Under the pieces are notes generated by a model. That model did no database searches. It was not told the DNA's origin and saw only the letters and a list, made by a program, of their open reading frames with translations. Both the position numbers and the translations under genes were made by a program. Of a stretch of DNA of 64,000 bases, positions 29,325 through 43,300 are shown in pieces. The stretch is taken from NCBI GenBank assembly GCA_024235315.1, contig JACKMP010000005.1:99372-163371 (forward strand). The letters run 5' to 3'. This stretch comes from Chromatiaceae bacterium (GTDB lineage: Bacteria; Pseudomonadota; Gammaproteobacteria; Chromatiales; Chromatiaceae). Every line of letters begins with the position of its first letter. Positions within the stretch are counted from its first letter, which is position 1.

Positions 29325-30070
29325 TCCTGACGCTCCAGCCATGCCGCCAGCGATTCCAGTGCCTGGTGTCGGGTGAGATCGACCTGTAACGGTGTGACCG
29401 AGACGAAGCCATTGCGCACCGCATGAAAATCGGTGCCGGGTCCCGCATCCTGCTCCGCACCTGCGGGGCCCACCCAGTAGATCGGCCGACCGCGCGGGTC
29501 TTCCGCCTTTACCACCGGCTCGGCCTTGTGCCGATGCCCCAGGCGGGTTGCCAGCATCCCCTTCAGCTGGTCATAAGGAAGGTCCGGTACATTGACGTTG
29601 AGAATCGAGTCCGCCGCAAGAGGTCTTTCGCATAGGCGCTGCACCAGGTCGACGGCGACCCGCGCCGCTGAGTCGAAGTAACGCGGCGTATGCGAGGCGA
29701 TCGAGATCGCGATCGCCGGATACCCGAGAAATCGTCCTTCGGTAGCGGCGGCCACCGTACCCGAATAGATCACGTCGTCACCCATGTTTGCGCCCGCGTT
29801 GATCCCCGAGACCACCATATCCGGTTCTTCTTCCAACAGCCCGGTGATCGCGAGGTGAACGCAGTCGGTCGGCGTACCTTCCACGCGGATGAAGCCATTC
29901 TCGCCGGTGCGCGCACGGATCGGTTGTTCCAGGGTGAGGGAGTTGCTGGCGCCGCTTCGATCACGGTCCGGCGCCACCACGATCGTTTCCGCAATGCCGG
30001 AGATGGCGCCGTGCAGTGCCTCCAGGCCCGGGGCCTGATAACCATCATCGTTGCTGAGAAGAATTCGCAT
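29321..30070 (-). CDS. surE: 5'/3'-nucleotidase SurE
   Basis: [46 protein letters not shown]. Confidence 0.97.
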   Translation of the reverse strand: MRILLSNDDGYQAPGLEALHGAISGIAETIVVAPDRDRSGASNSLTLEQPIRARTGENGFIRVEGTPTDCVHLAITGLLEEEPDMVVSGINAGANMGDDVIYSGTVAAATEGRFLGYPAIAISIASHTPRYFDSAARVAVDLVQRLCERPLAADSILNVNVPDLPYDQLKGMLATRLGHRHKAEPVVKAEDPRGRPIYWVGPAGAEQDAGPGTDFHAVRNGFVSVTPLQVDLTRHQALESLAAWLERQE

Positions 30071-30190
30071 ACCATCCTGAGTGCCGACCGGACACTGCCG
30101 CCGGGCGGTTTTTTTGGCTGACCGATGATACTGCAAACCCTGCCCTGCCTCACCTTGATCTGGGACCGTTTAGCCGTTTCAATCATCGCC

Positions 30191-30733
30191 ATGGGAAACC
30201 CAGACGACAACCCGGACGACAAAGGTGAGGGCGAGTTTCGCGAGGCGATGCGCGACGTCGAGCCCATCGAAGATGGTCGCGCCGACCCGTACCGCAAGAA
30301 GCGCCGCCCGGAACCCCTCAACCTGCCCGTCGGCGATGAGCGCGTGGATGACTTCGCTGATCTGGCAATCGAGACCGGAGAATTTCTGGAGTTTCGCCGT
30401 CCGGGCATCCAGAACCGCGTGTTTCGCGATCTCCAGCGCGGTGTGATCGAGGCGCAGGGGACACTCGACCTGCACGGCCTTCGCGTACGTGAGGCCAAGC
30501 CCGCGTTGGCGAGGTTCCTCAACCATAGCCTGGCGAGCGGCCGGCGCTGCGTCCGCATCATCCATGGCAAGGGCATTGGTTCCGGTGGCCAGCAGCCGAT
30601 GTTGAAGCAGAAGACCAACCAATGGCTGCGGCAGAAGGACGAAGTGCTCGCCTTTGTGACCGCGCCGCGTTGGGATGGCGGTACTGGTGCTGTGTACGTG
30701 CTCCTGTCAGGAAAGTATCGACGGTTCGACTAG
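30191..30733 (+). CDS. Smr/MutS2-domain endonuclease (SmrA-like)
   Basis: LDLHG, IIHGKG.GS, LK.....WL.Q, A...DGGTGA.YVLL. Confidence 0.92.
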   Translation: MGNPDDNPDDKGEGEFREAMRDVEPIEDGRADPYRKKRRPEPLNLPVGDERVDDFADLAIETGEFLEFRRPGIQNRVFRDLQRGVIEAQGTLDLHGLRVREAKPALARFLNHSLASGRRCVRIIHGKGIGSGGQQPMLKQKTNQWLRQKDEVLAFVTAPRWDGGTGAVYVLLSGKYRRFD

Positions 30734-30748
30734 TCGGTCGCCCAGGGA

Positions 30749-31825
30749 TCAGGAATCAGGATCGGCTTCGTCTGCATCGTGTGAGCGGACGATTTCTCGC
30801 AATACGGCAGTCGCAAAAGCCCCCGCGACCAATTGAAACGACAGCAGAAGTGAATTGTCCTGCCAACTCCAGTCCAGCCCGTCCGCCACCAGACGCAGCG
30901 AACGACGGTCGGCATCCAGCCCCAGGCGCGTCAACCCCTCGATCCATGACTGCGCCTCGGCCAGTGCACGCTCCTCATTCAGCCTTGCATCGGCTTCGAC
31001 CTGCAGGGCACGGCCGGGGCGGCCGCACAGCGGGCCGGTCGGATGCACATCCAGTCTCGCCAGCCTGTCGGCGATCGTCGGATCCGCGGCGTCGTACATG
31101 AACTGCCGTTGCGACCCCGCAAGGGACATCACATCGCCCGCTATCGCCCTGTCCCAGGTGCCTGCATTGACGCGCGCCGCCAACACCTGGTTGAACAGCT
31201 GCGAACGCGCCGCCGACAGGATCATGCTGCGTTGCTCGCGCCCACCGCGGCGACCACGCCCGGCCAGCAGATCATCGGCACGCCGCAGGTTCTGTCCACC
31301 GCGCCCAAACCGCTGACTGCCGAAGTAGTTGGGTACGCCGGCATCGCGGATGCGCTGTAACTGCCGCTCTGCCTCGGCGACATCACCCACCACGCTGTCG
31401 ACCCTGATCCGGAAGCGGTTGCCGCGCAGCGAGCCGCGGCGGATCTTGCGGTTGTGCCGTTGCGCAGCGATCACCTGCAGGGATTCATCTTCGATCGTCG
31501 ACCAGTCCGGCGCCTCGCGCCCCGGGAGCTGTACCGAGAAATGCTGCGTCGTCACCGCGTTGCGGTCTTTCAGGCCCGCATAACCGATCGCCACCTGGGG
31601 CACACCGGCGAGCCGGGCAATCGCCCTCGCCACATCCTGGGTATTGCGTTCGCGTTTTCGCACCGTGAGAAAGACGTGCTCACCGTCTCCCGATGCCTGG
31701 TAACCCAGCTGCTCCTCAACGACAAAGTCCTCGGGCGAGGCGCGCAGGCGCCCGCTCAGCACAGGCCCCCCGTGGGCGAAAGGCAGATCCAGCGTCGGAT
31801 CATCCGGAGGCGGCGACTGCGTCAT
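30749..31825 (-). CDS. truD: tRNA pseudouridine(13) synthase
   Basis: PEDFVVEE, GEHVFL, YAGLKDRNAVTTQ, GNRF, GVPNYFGSQRFG, SAARS.LFN, GAFATAVLREI. Confidence 0.96.
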   Translation of the reverse strand: MTQSPPPDDPTLDLPFAHGGPVLSGRLRASPEDFVVEEQLGYQASGDGEHVFLTVRKRERNTQDVARAIARLAGVPQVAIGYAGLKDRNAVTTQHFSVQLPGREAPDWSTIEDESLQVIAAQRHNRKIRRGSLRGNRFRIRVDSVVGDVAEAERQLQRIRDAGVPNYFGSQRFGRGGQNLRRADDLLAGRGRRGGREQRSMILSAARSQLFNQVLAARVNAGTWDRAIAGDVMSLAGSQRQFMYDAADPTIADRLARLDVHPTGPLCGRPGRALQVEADARLNEERALAEAQSWIEGLTRLGLDADRRSLRLVADGLDWSWQDNSLLLSFQLVAGAFATAVLREIVRSHDADEADPDS

Positions 31826-32298
31826 CAGATCGCCACCAGCAGCACGACCGCATGTGCAGCGATCCCCTCGCCCCGCCCCGTATACCCCATGCGTTCGGTC
31901 GTGGTCGCCTTGACGTTGACCCGGTCCTGCGCAACACCCATCTCCTGGGCCAGATTTGCACACATCTCCTGAATGTGCGGGCCCATCCGCGGCGCCTGGG
32001 CCACGACCGTGGCGTCGAGATTGGAGACCCGCAGGCCACGCGCCGCCACCGCATCGCGCACGCGTCGCAGCAACACGCGGCTGTCGATGCCCCGGTACTG
32101 GTCGTCCGAATCGGGAAAATGCCGCCCTATGTCACCAAGCCCGGCCGCACCAAGAATCGCGTCACAGATGGCATGAATCAGCACATCGCCGTCCGAATGC
32201 GCCTCCAGGCCCCTGTCGTGATCGATGCGGACGCCACCGATCGTGATATGAGTGCCTTCACAGAAGCGATGTGCATCGAAGCCATGACCGATACGCAT
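31825..32298 (-). CDS. ispF: 2-C-methyl-D-erythritol 2,4-cyclodiphosphate synthase
   Basis: [50 protein letters not shown]. Confidence 0.97.
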   Translation of the reverse strand: MRIGHGFDAHRFCEGTHITIGGVRIDHDRGLEAHSDGDVLIHAICDAILGAAGLGDIGRHFPDSDDQYRGIDSRVLLRRVRDAVAARGLRVSNLDATVVAQAPRMGPHIQEMCANLAQEMGVAQDRVNVKATTTERMGYTGRGEGIAAHAVVLLVAI

Positions 32299-32364
32299 AA
32301 CGGTTTCACACGGGTGCCTGAGGGGAGCGCGATCATAACACCGGTGGCGCGCTAGACTGACGTC

Positions 32365-33126
32365 ATGGAACTGTTCGATACGCATTGCCATCTCGATGTC
32401 GAGGAGTTCGACGCCGACCGCGACGAGGTGCTCACCGCCGCACGCGCAGCAGGTGTCGCCGAGCTATTGGTGCCGGCAGTGCAGCGCGCCACCTGGCCGG
32501 CATTGCTCCGGCTGTGCGCCGCCGATGCCCAGCTGCATCCAGCCCTGGGGCTGCACCCGGTATACCTGCACCGGCACGAACCTGATGACATTGCGGCTCT
32601 GGCCGCGCAGGTGGCCCGAACGCGGCCCGTGGCCATCGGGGAGATCGGGCTGGACTGGTTTGTGCCGGATCTCGACCGGGACCAGCAACAACGCCTGTTG
32701 GAGGGTCAACTGGAGATTGCACAGGCATTCGATCTGCCCGTGGTGCTACATGTGCGCAAGGCACATGACGCCATGCTCAACACGCTCAGGCGATACCGCC
32801 TCAACGGCGGATTCTGCCATGCATTCAACGGCAGCCTGGCACAGGCAGATCGCTATCTCGACATGGGGTTCCACCTGGGATTTGGCGGTATGCTGACCTT
32901 CGAGCGATCGAATCACCTGCGACGCCTGGCAGTTGCGCTGCCGCTCGATGCAATCGTGCTTGAGACCGACGCGCCGGATATGACGGTCGCCTCGCATCAG
33001 CATCAACGCAACAGCCCCGCCTACCTCCCGGAGGTGTTGTCTGCGCTGGCCAGTCTGCGCGGCTTACCAGAAGACGAGATTGCGCGGGAGACGACTGCCA
33101 CTTCGCGTCGCGTACTGCATCTGTAA
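32365..33126 (+). CDS. TatD family nuclease (YjjV-like)
   Basis: [43 protein letters not shown]. Confidence 0.94.
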   Translation: MELFDTHCHLDVEEFDADRDEVLTAARAAGVAELLVPAVQRATWPALLRLCAADAQLHPALGLHPVYLHRHEPDDIAALAAQVARTRPVAIGEIGLDWFVPDLDRDQQQRLLEGQLEIAQAFDLPVVLHVRKAHDAMLNTLRRYRLNGGFCHAFNGSLAQADRYLDMGFHLGFGGMLTFERSNHLRRLAVALPLDAIVLETDAPDMTVASHQHQRNSPAYLPEVLSALASLRGLPEDEIARETTATSRRVLHL

Positions 33127-33136
33127 CCGATGCGGT

Positions 33137-33865
33137 TCAGGGTGTATGCCAGTCGGCCGCGGACTCCTCTTCCTGACGCGCCAGATAGTAGGCAGCCAAC
33201 GCCAGGTCCTCGGGCTGAGTGATCTTGATGTTGTCGGCACGGCTCTCGATCATTATCGGGCGCCTCCCTGACCACTCGACGGCACTTGCCTCGTCGGTCA
33301 CCAGATAAGCCGCATTCAGCGCGCCCTGCAGGGCATCGAACAGTAGACCGAAACGAAACATCTGCGGCGTAAAGGCGCGCCAGAGGTGCGTCCGTGCAAC
33401 TGTCTCGACGATGCGGTCGGCAGCGTCGGTCCGTTTCATGGTGTCATGCACGGGCATCCCGAGAAGCCCGCCAACATCGTGGCCATGCAGCATGTGAATG
33501 AGGCGATCGATGTCTTTCCGGGTGACACAGGGCCGCGCCGCGTCATGCACCAGCACCCAGTCGGCACGATCGGCACGCGCGGACAGGACCTGCAGCGCAT
33601 TCAACACCGAGTGGCAGCGCTCGACACCGCCGTCGACCCGCACCAGGTCGGGATGCCCCGCGAACTCGGTAGCCCCCCACCAGCTGTCGTGTTCACTCAA
33701 TGAGAGATACAGACCGTCGATCGAGGGATGCAACAGAATGCGTTCGATCGTGTGGTCAATCACCGCGCGCCCATTGAGCTCGAGGTATTGCTTGGGGACA
33801 GCGCCACCCATACGTCTGCCCACACCGGCGGCTGGCACAATCGCCCAGAACCTGGGCTCAGTCAC
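33137..33865 (-). CDS. ispD: 2-C-methyl-D-erythritol 4-phosphate cytidylyltransferase
   Basis: PAAGVGRRM...PKQY, VLVHDAARPC, TPQMF, TDEASAVE, NIKIT.PEDL. Confidence 0.97.
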   Translation of the reverse strand: MTEPRFWAIVPAAGVGRRMGGAVPKQYLELNGRAVIDHTIERILLHPSIDGLYLSLSEHDSWWGATEFAGHPDLVRVDGGVERCHSVLNALQVLSARADRADWVLVHDAARPCVTRKDIDRLIHMLHGHDVGGLLGMPVHDTMKRTDAADRIVETVARTHLWRAFTPQMFRFGLLFDALQGALNAAYLVTDEASAVEWSGRRPIMIESRADNIKITQPEDLALAAYYLARQEEESAADWHTP

Positions 33866-34160
33866 GTGCCTTTCCCTCCGGAGGCAACAGTTGAAAATAG
33901 GTTTCGCCTTCGCGGATCAGACCGAGCTCGCTGCGTGCGCGCGCTTCGATCGCCGCCAGCCCATCTTTGAGGTCGTCGACTTCGGCTTGCAGCGTGGCGT
34001 TGCGCTCGTACAGATCAGCCAGTTCGGCACGCTGGGCCGCCAGCTGGCGCTTGAGCGTGACGACCTCGGCGAAACTGCCTTCACCAACCCAAAGACGGTA
34101 CTGCAACGCCACGAGTACCAGCAGAATCACACCAAACGCCAGCTGCAGCTTCCAGCTCAC
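33858..34160 (-). CDS. ftsB: Cell division protein FtsB
   Basis: LQYRLWVGEGS, RN..L.AEV.DLK.G..AIE.RARSELGLI..GETY. Confidence 0.95.
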   Translation of the reverse strand: MSWKLQLAFGVILLVLVALQYRLWVGEGSFAEVVTLKRQLAAQRAELADLYERNATLQAEVDDLKDGLAAIEARARSELGLIREGETYFQLLPPEGKARD

Positions 34161-34177
34161 CGCCGACCCAGTCAGGC

Positions 34178-38070
<3,893 letters not shown>

Positions 38071-38388
38071 TCAACGGAGGTTGAAACGGACGGGACCGAA
38101 CGGTAGCAGAAGCCCTCTCTGCGCTCAATCGAAACTGCATCCGGCGAGACCGACAAAACCAACATCGATCAAGCTGTCACATTATCATTGCCTTATATTC
38201 CAATACTTTATGCCTGCACTTTTACTTTTATCCGCTAGTGGTGGGGTCCTGCTTGGTCTATAGTGATCCTTGCCCGGGACGAAGGAACCCGGGTCCGTGC
38301 CGACTGCTCTCTTCCTAACAGACGGGTACTGTCGATGCAGGGATGCACACTATATTTCATACAAGAACGCACTTAAGGAGTCATCCAA

Positions 38389-38841
38389 ATGCGGAAGTTC
38401 GTAAAAGCATTCGGCGCTGCGGTTGTCGCTGGCGCAGCTGCACTCAGCATGTCATCGGCCAGCGCTTGGTGGGGCGGCGGTCCCTGGAGCGGCGGCGGCG
38501 GCCCGTGGGGCGGTTCTGGCTGGGACAACAGCTACAACCGTGGCACCGGCTATGGCAACACCTCTGGCTGGGGTGACGGCTGGGGTGACGCCGGCGGCAC
38601 CGGCGCCGGTGATTTCAGCATGAACATGAGTGGCCGCGGCAACACCAATATGCGCGGCTACGGTTCCGGCTACGGCGCCGGTGACGGTTGGGGCCGTGGT
38701 TATAACTACAGCCAGCCGGGATACGGCGGCTGGGGCGGCGGTCCCTGGGGCGGCTACCCGGGTTACGGCGGCTATGGCCCCGGTTATGGCGCACCGATGA
38801 TGGCGCCGCCGGCGCCCGAGGCTCCGGCAGCCAACCAGTAA
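38389..38841 (+). CDS. Sulfur globule envelope protein, SgpA/SgpB (CV1/CV2) family
   Basis: Sec signal ending SASA-WWGG; Gly/Tyr/Trp-rich; GDFSMNMSG.G motif; GYG repeats; Pro/Ala tail. Matches the architecture I recall for Allochromatium vinosum SgpA/B. Strong TAAGGAG RBS. Confidence 0.85.
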   Translation: MRKFVKAFGAAVVAGAAALSMSSASAWWGGGPWSGGGGPWGGSGWDNSYNRGTGYGNTSGWGDGWGDAGGTGAGDFSMNMSGRGNTNMRGYGSGYGAGDGWGRGYNYSQPGYGGWGGGPWGGYPGYGGYGPGYGAPMMAPPAPEAPAANQ

Positions 38842-38856
38842 AGCTCTGGCGCTACG

Positions 38857-38890
38857 AAAAACCCGTCCGCTTCATGGACGGGTTTTTTTT
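38857..38890 (+). terminator. Rho-independent terminator after sgp
   Basis: AAAAACCCGTCC-gcttcat-GGACGGGTTTTTTTT. Confidence 0.9.
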
Positions 38891-38907
38891 GCCCCTAACC
38901 GGAGATA

Positions 38908-38921
38908 TTGATCGAGGTCAA
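38908..38921. promoter_or_regulatory. FNR/ANR box upstream of fnr
   Basis: TTGATCGAGGTCAA versus consensus TTGAT-N4-ATCAA. Confidence 0.75.
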
Positions 38922-38983
38922 AAAACTTCGCACAATTGACCGACAAAGGAACGCTCAACTGTATATCGACCGGGACATCAACA

Positions 38984-39748
38984 GTGACGGAAAGAAACGT
39001 AATTTCACTCGACAAAATCAAGGTTGCCTGTCGCGACTGCAGTCTGTCGGCACTGTGTCTCCCGATGGGCCTTCGTCCCGAAGACGTCGACCGTCTCCAC
39101 GCCATCGTCAAACGCAACCGACCGCTGCAGCGCGGCGACAACCTGTTCCGTGCGGGTGAGCCGTTTCGCCACCTTTTCGTGGTCAAGACCGGCGCAGTCA
39201 AGACCTTCACCCAGACCAACGACGGCGATGAACAGGTGGTGGGATTCCACCTGCCTGGCGAAGTGCTGGGACTGGACGCGATCCAGGACGGGCAACATGG
39301 TTGCAGCGCCCGCGCCCTTGAGACGACAGCGATCTGCGAATTGCCGTTCGAGCGGCTCGAAGACCTCTCCTCGAACATCCCCAGCCTCCAGCACCAGATG
39401 TTCCGACTGCTCAGCAAAGAAATCAGCCACGACGCCGAGATGATGGCACTGCTTGGACGCAGCACGGCGGAAGAGCGCGTCGCCTCGTTCCTTCTCAGTC
39501 TCTCGGAACGCTTCAAGCGTCGCGGGTTTTCAGCCACCGATTTTTTTCTCAGCATGTCACGCCAGGAAATCGGCAGCTACCTCGGCCTCGCACTCGAAAC
39601 GGTCAGCAGACTGTTCACCCGGTTCCAGGACGACAAGATTTTGAAGGTGGAGCGCAAGCACGTGCAGATCATCGATATTGATCGACTGCGCGCGATGGTG
39701 ACCCATCAGACTGACGCCGAGCGTCATCGGGCCAATCCCTCCACTTGA
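38984..39748 (+). CDS. fnr: Oxygen-sensing regulator FNR/ANR
   Basis: CRDC.LS.LCLP Fe-S ligands plus HGCSA; GFHLPGE; MSRQEIGSYLGLALETVSR HTH. Start approximate (38936-38984). Confidence 0.95.
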   Translation: MTERNVISLDKIKVACRDCSLSALCLPMGLRPEDVDRLHAIVKRNRPLQRGDNLFRAGEPFRHLFVVKTGAVKTFTQTNDGDEQVVGFHLPGEVLGLDAIQDGQHGCSARALETTAICELPFERLEDLSSNIPSLQHQMFRLLSKEISHDAEMMALLGRSTAEERVASFLLSLSERFKRRGFSATDFFLSMSRQEIGSYLGLALETVSRLFTRFQDDKILKVERKHVQIIDIDRLRAMVTHQTDAERHRANPST

Positions 39749-39818
39749 CCTGGATCAAGTGCAAAGCGACAAAAAGAATTGCCAGCCGACTGCGCCACAC
39801 GCAGTTGACCCACATCAA
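39745..39818. promoter_or_regulatory. Tandem FNR boxes upstream of ccoN
   Basis: TTGACCTGGATCAA (39745-39758) and TTGACCCACATCAA (39805-39818), 60 bp apart. Confidence 0.82.
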
Positions 39819-39914
39819 AGTAGCCAATCCTTATAAAGATTTAGGGTGCGCCGCAGGTCAGTCCATCCGGCGAGTTTGGACTGGCCGAAATTTTTTTCAC
39901 TTGGGAGACGCGTA

Positions 39915-41348
39915 ATGGAGTCACAGACCACGTACAACTATAAGGTCGTGCGCCAGTTTGCGATTATGACGGTCGTCTGGGGCATCGTTGGGATGCTCGT
40001 CGGCGTCATAGTCGCGGCTCAGCTGGCCTTTCCAGATTTTGCACTTTGGGACGGCATTTCTTTTCTTAGCTACGGCCGCCTGCGCCCGTTGCATACCAAT
40101 GCCGTGATCTTCGCCTTCGGCGGTTCCGCATTGTTTGCCACCTCCTACTATGTGGTGCAGCGCACCAGCCAGGCCCGGCTTTTTGGCGGACCACTGGCTG
40201 CGTTCACCTTCTGGGGCTGGATGGCGATCATCGTCCTGGCCGCTGTGACCCTGCCGCTGGGCATCACCTCGGGCAAGGAATACGCCGAGCTGGAGTGGCC
40301 GATCGACCTGCTGATCGCTGTGGTCTGGGTGAGCTACGCCATCGTGTTCTTCGGGACTGTTGCCACCCGCAAGGTCAAGCACATCTACGTTGCCAACTGG
40401 TTCTTCGGCGCGTTCATCCTGACCATCGCCGTGCTGCACATCGTCAACAGCGCGTTCATTCCGGTCAGCCTGACCAAGGGTTACAGCTTCTACCCGGGCG
40501 CCATCGACGCCATGGTGCAGTGGTGGTACGGGCACAACGCCGTGGGCTTCTTCCTGACCACCGCCTTCCTCGGCATGATGTATTACTTCGTTCCGAAGCA
40601 GGCAGGCCGTCCCGTGTACTCCTATCGTCTGTCGGTGGTGCACTTCTGGGCACTGATCTCCACCTACATGTGGGCCGGTCCACATCACCTGCACTACACC
40701 GCCCTGCCCGACTGGGCGCAGTCGGTTGGCATGGTGTTCTCATTGATCCTGCTGGCGCCTTCCTGGGGCGGCATGATCAACGGCATCATGACCCTGTCCG
40801 GTGCCTGGCATAAGCTGCGCACCGACCCGGTCCTGAAGTTCCTGATCGTATCGTTGTCTTTCTACGGCATGTCGACCTTCGAAGGTCCGATGATGTCGAT
40901 CAAGACCGTCAACGCCCTGTCGCACTACACCGACTGGACGGTTGGCCACGTGCATTCGGGTGCCCTGGGTTGGGTCGCCATGGTTTCGATCGGTTCACTG
41001 TACTACCTGATCCCGCGCCTGTTCGGTCGGGTCCAGATGTTCAGCATGGCGCTGGTCGAGCTGCATTTCTGGATCGCCACCATCGGCGTGGTCCTGTACA
41101 TCGCGGCCATGTGGATCGCCGGTGTCATGCAGGGTCTGATGTGGCGTGCAGTCAATGCTGACGGCACCCTGACCTATTCCTTCATCGAGTCGGTCGAACG
41201 CACCTATCCGTTCTACTACGTTCGTTTGCTTGGCGGCGCCATGTTCCTCACCGGCATGCTGCTGATGGCTTACAACGTATGGAAGACGGTTGGCGCAGGC
41301 CGTACCGCAGACGCTGACGATGCCATCCCGGCACCGGCCGCCCACTGA
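39915..41348 (+). CDS. ccoN: cbb3-type cytochrome c oxidase subunit I
   Basis: [59 protein letters not shown]. Confidence 0.98.
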   Translation: MESQTTYNYKVVRQFAIMTVVWGIVGMLVGVIVAAQLAFPDFALWDGISFLSYGRLRPLHTNAVIFAFGGSALFATSYYVVQRTSQARLFGGPLAAFTFWGWMAIIVLAAVTLPLGITSGKEYAELEWPIDLLIAVVWVSYAIVFFGTVATRKVKHIYVANWFFGAFILTIAVLHIVNSAFIPVSLTKGYSFYPGAIDAMVQWWYGHNAVGFFLTTAFLGMMYYFVPKQAGRPVYSYRLSVVHFWALISTYMWAGPHHLHYTALPDWAQSVGMVFSLILLAPSWGGMINGIMTLSGAWHKLRTDPVLKFLIVSLSFYGMSTFEGPMMSIKTVNALSHYTDWTVGHVHSGALGWVAMVSIGSLYYLIPRLFGRVQMFSMALVELHFWIATIGVVLYIAAMWIAGVMQGLMWRAVNADGTLTYSFIESVERTYPFYYVRLLGGAMFLTGMLLMAYNVWKTVGAGRTADADDAIPAPAAH

Positions 41349-41366
41349 TCCGAAGGAGTATCGACA

Positions 41367-41993
41367 ATGTCACATGAAGTCGTTGAAAAGAACGTCGGCC
41401 TTCTGGCGATACTGGTCATCCTGGTGATCAGCATCGGTGGACTGGTCGAGATCGTCCCCCTGTTCTTCCTGACGGATACCACAGTGCCGGCACCGGGCGT
41501 GCAGAAGTACAGCGCACTGCGTCTTGAAGGACGGGACATCTACGTCCGCGAAGGCTGCTACAACTGCCACTCGCAGATGATCCGTCCGTTCCGCGCCGAA
41601 ACCGAGCGCTACGGCCACTACTCGGTGGCCGGTGAGTCGGTCTACGACCACCCCTTCCAGTGGGGTTCCAAGCGTACCGGTCCGGACCTCGCCCGCGTTG
41701 GTGGCCGTTACAGTGATGACTGGCACTTCGTCCACCTGGACAACCCGCGCAACGTGGTACCTGAGTCCAACATGCCGTCGTACTCCTGGCTCAGCGGTTC
41801 GACGCTGAGCGGTGACGACACGGCAACCAAGATGAAGGCTCTCAACGTTGCTGTGGGCGCGACCTGCCCGAGCTGCGAGCTGTATAGCGAGCAGGACATG
41901 GCCAATGCCAAGAAAGAAGTCGAAGGCAAGACCGAAGCACAGGCACTGGTTGCCTATCTGCAGGGTCTCGGCCTGGCTTCCAAGCAGTGGTGA
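41367..41993 (+). CDS. ccoO: cbb3-type cytochrome c oxidase subunit II
   Basis: [52 protein letters not shown]. Confidence 0.97.
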   Translation: MSHEVVEKNVGLLAILVILVISIGGLVEIVPLFFLTDTTVPAPGVQKYSALRLEGRDIYVREGCYNCHSQMIRPFRAETERYGHYSVAGESVYDHPFQWGSKRTGPDLARVGGRYSDDWHFVHLDNPRNVVPESNMPSYSWLSGSTLSGDDTATKMKALNVAVGATCPSCELYSEQDMANAKKEVEGKTEAQALVAYLQGLGLASKQW

Positions 41994-41998
41994 TCGTT

Positions 41999-42175
41999 AT
42001 GGATATCAACGACATCCGTGCATGGCAGACAGCCATATTGTTGATCTCGTTCGTCGGGATCATCTTCTGGGCCTACAGCAAGCGTCGTAAGTCATCTTTC
42101 GACGAGGCCGCGAACCTGCCTTTTGCCGATGAAGAGCGGCACCAGGCGACGATCAAGAAGGAGAACCTGTCATGA
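41999..42175 (+). CDS. ccoQ: cbb3-type cytochrome c oxidase subunit CcoQ
   Basis: F.GI.FWAYS..RK..FDEAANLPFADE. Confidence 0.93.
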   Translation: MDINDIRAWQTAILLISFVGIIFWAYSKRRKSSFDEAANLPFADEERHQATIKKENLS

Positions 42176-43092
42176 GCAGTTTCTGGAGTGGATGGATCAT
42201 CGTTCTCACCGTAGCCAACATCCTGGGCTGCTTCTGGCTGATCTGGTGGACCATGCGTAGCCGTGCCGGTGAGGCCGCACAGGGCGACGTCACCGGTCAC
42301 ACCTGGGATGGCGACCTGCAGGAGTACAACAACCCTCTGCCGCGCTGGTGGCTGTGGCTGTTCTACATCACCCTGTTCTTTGCCGCAGCCTACCTGGCCC
42401 TCTACCCGGGCCTCGGCAAGTTCGGGGGCTTCCTTGGCTGGACGTCACACGGCAGTCAGTACCAGGCCGAAATGGACAAGGCAGCGGAAAAGTACGACCC
42501 GATCTTCAAGCAGTATGCCGCTGTGGCGGTGACAGATCTGGCGGCCAAGCCCGAGTACCAGGAAGCACGGGAAATGGGCAAGCGCCTGTTCCTGACCTAC
42601 TGCATGCAGTGTCATGGTTCGGATGCCGGCGGATCGCGCGGCTTCCCCAACCTGACCGACGGTGACTGGCTGTGGGGTGGCTCGCCCGAGCAGATCCAGA
42701 TGTCAATCGCCAACGGCCGCACCGGCATGATGCCGAAACACGGCCCCGGTGAAGGTGGACTGAACATCGGCGATGAGAAGATCGACCAGGTTGCGGCCTA
42801 CGTGATGAGCCTTGCTGGACGCAACGTCGACGCGGCCAAGGCCGAGGCAGGCAAAGAGGTGTTCATGACCGTCGGTTGCCTCGCGTGCCACGGGATGGAT
42901 GGCACCGGCAACCAGATGCTTGGCGGACCCAACCTGACCGACGGCACCTGGCTTTACGGCGGCAGCGAAGGAATCATCAAGCAGACCATCACCAACGGTC
43001 GTGCCGGCGTGATGCCAGCGCACAAGGACCTGCTTGGCGATGAGAAGGTACACCTGCTGACAGCCTACGTTATCAGCCTGTCAAATCAGTAA
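42172..43092 (+). CDS. ccoP: cbb3-type cytochrome c oxidase subunit III
   Basis: TGHTWDG.LQEYNNPLPRWW, CMQCH, GFPNLTD.DWL.GG, CLACH. Confidence 0.97.
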   Translation: MSSFWSGWIIVLTVANILGCFWLIWWTMRSRAGEAAQGDVTGHTWDGDLQEYNNPLPRWWLWLFYITLFFAAAYLALYPGLGKFGGFLGWTSHGSQYQAEMDKAAEKYDPIFKQYAAVAVTDLAAKPEYQEAREMGKRLFLTYCMQCHGSDAGGSRGFPNLTDGDWLWGGSPEQIQMSIANGRTGMMPKHGPGEGGLNIGDEKIDQVAAYVMSLAGRNVDAAKAEAGKEVFMTVGCLACHGMDGTGNQMLGGPNLTDGTWLYGGSEGIIKQTITNGRAGVMPAHKDLLGDEKVHLLTAYVISLSNQ

Positions 43093-43300
43093 GACCCGGC
43101 GATGGCCCTGGGCGGGTGGAAGGTTCCAAGATAATGCGATTTATCAAGGACATCCACCCGTTTCCAGGGCCATAATCTATTAAGCTGAACCGCCCTTTGC
43201 CGACCCCTGCTCCTGCGGGAACGGGCATTGAGCACGATTCGGTTCCCGTGATTACAGCATGCCGGATCGCATCTACCCGGCGACTTCAAAGGTACAGACC

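Noticed and set aside
30097..30115. Hairpin plus T-tract between surE and smr
   Set aside because: Weak 5-bp stem between divergent genes with no upstream + strand gene to terminate; more likely part of a promoter.
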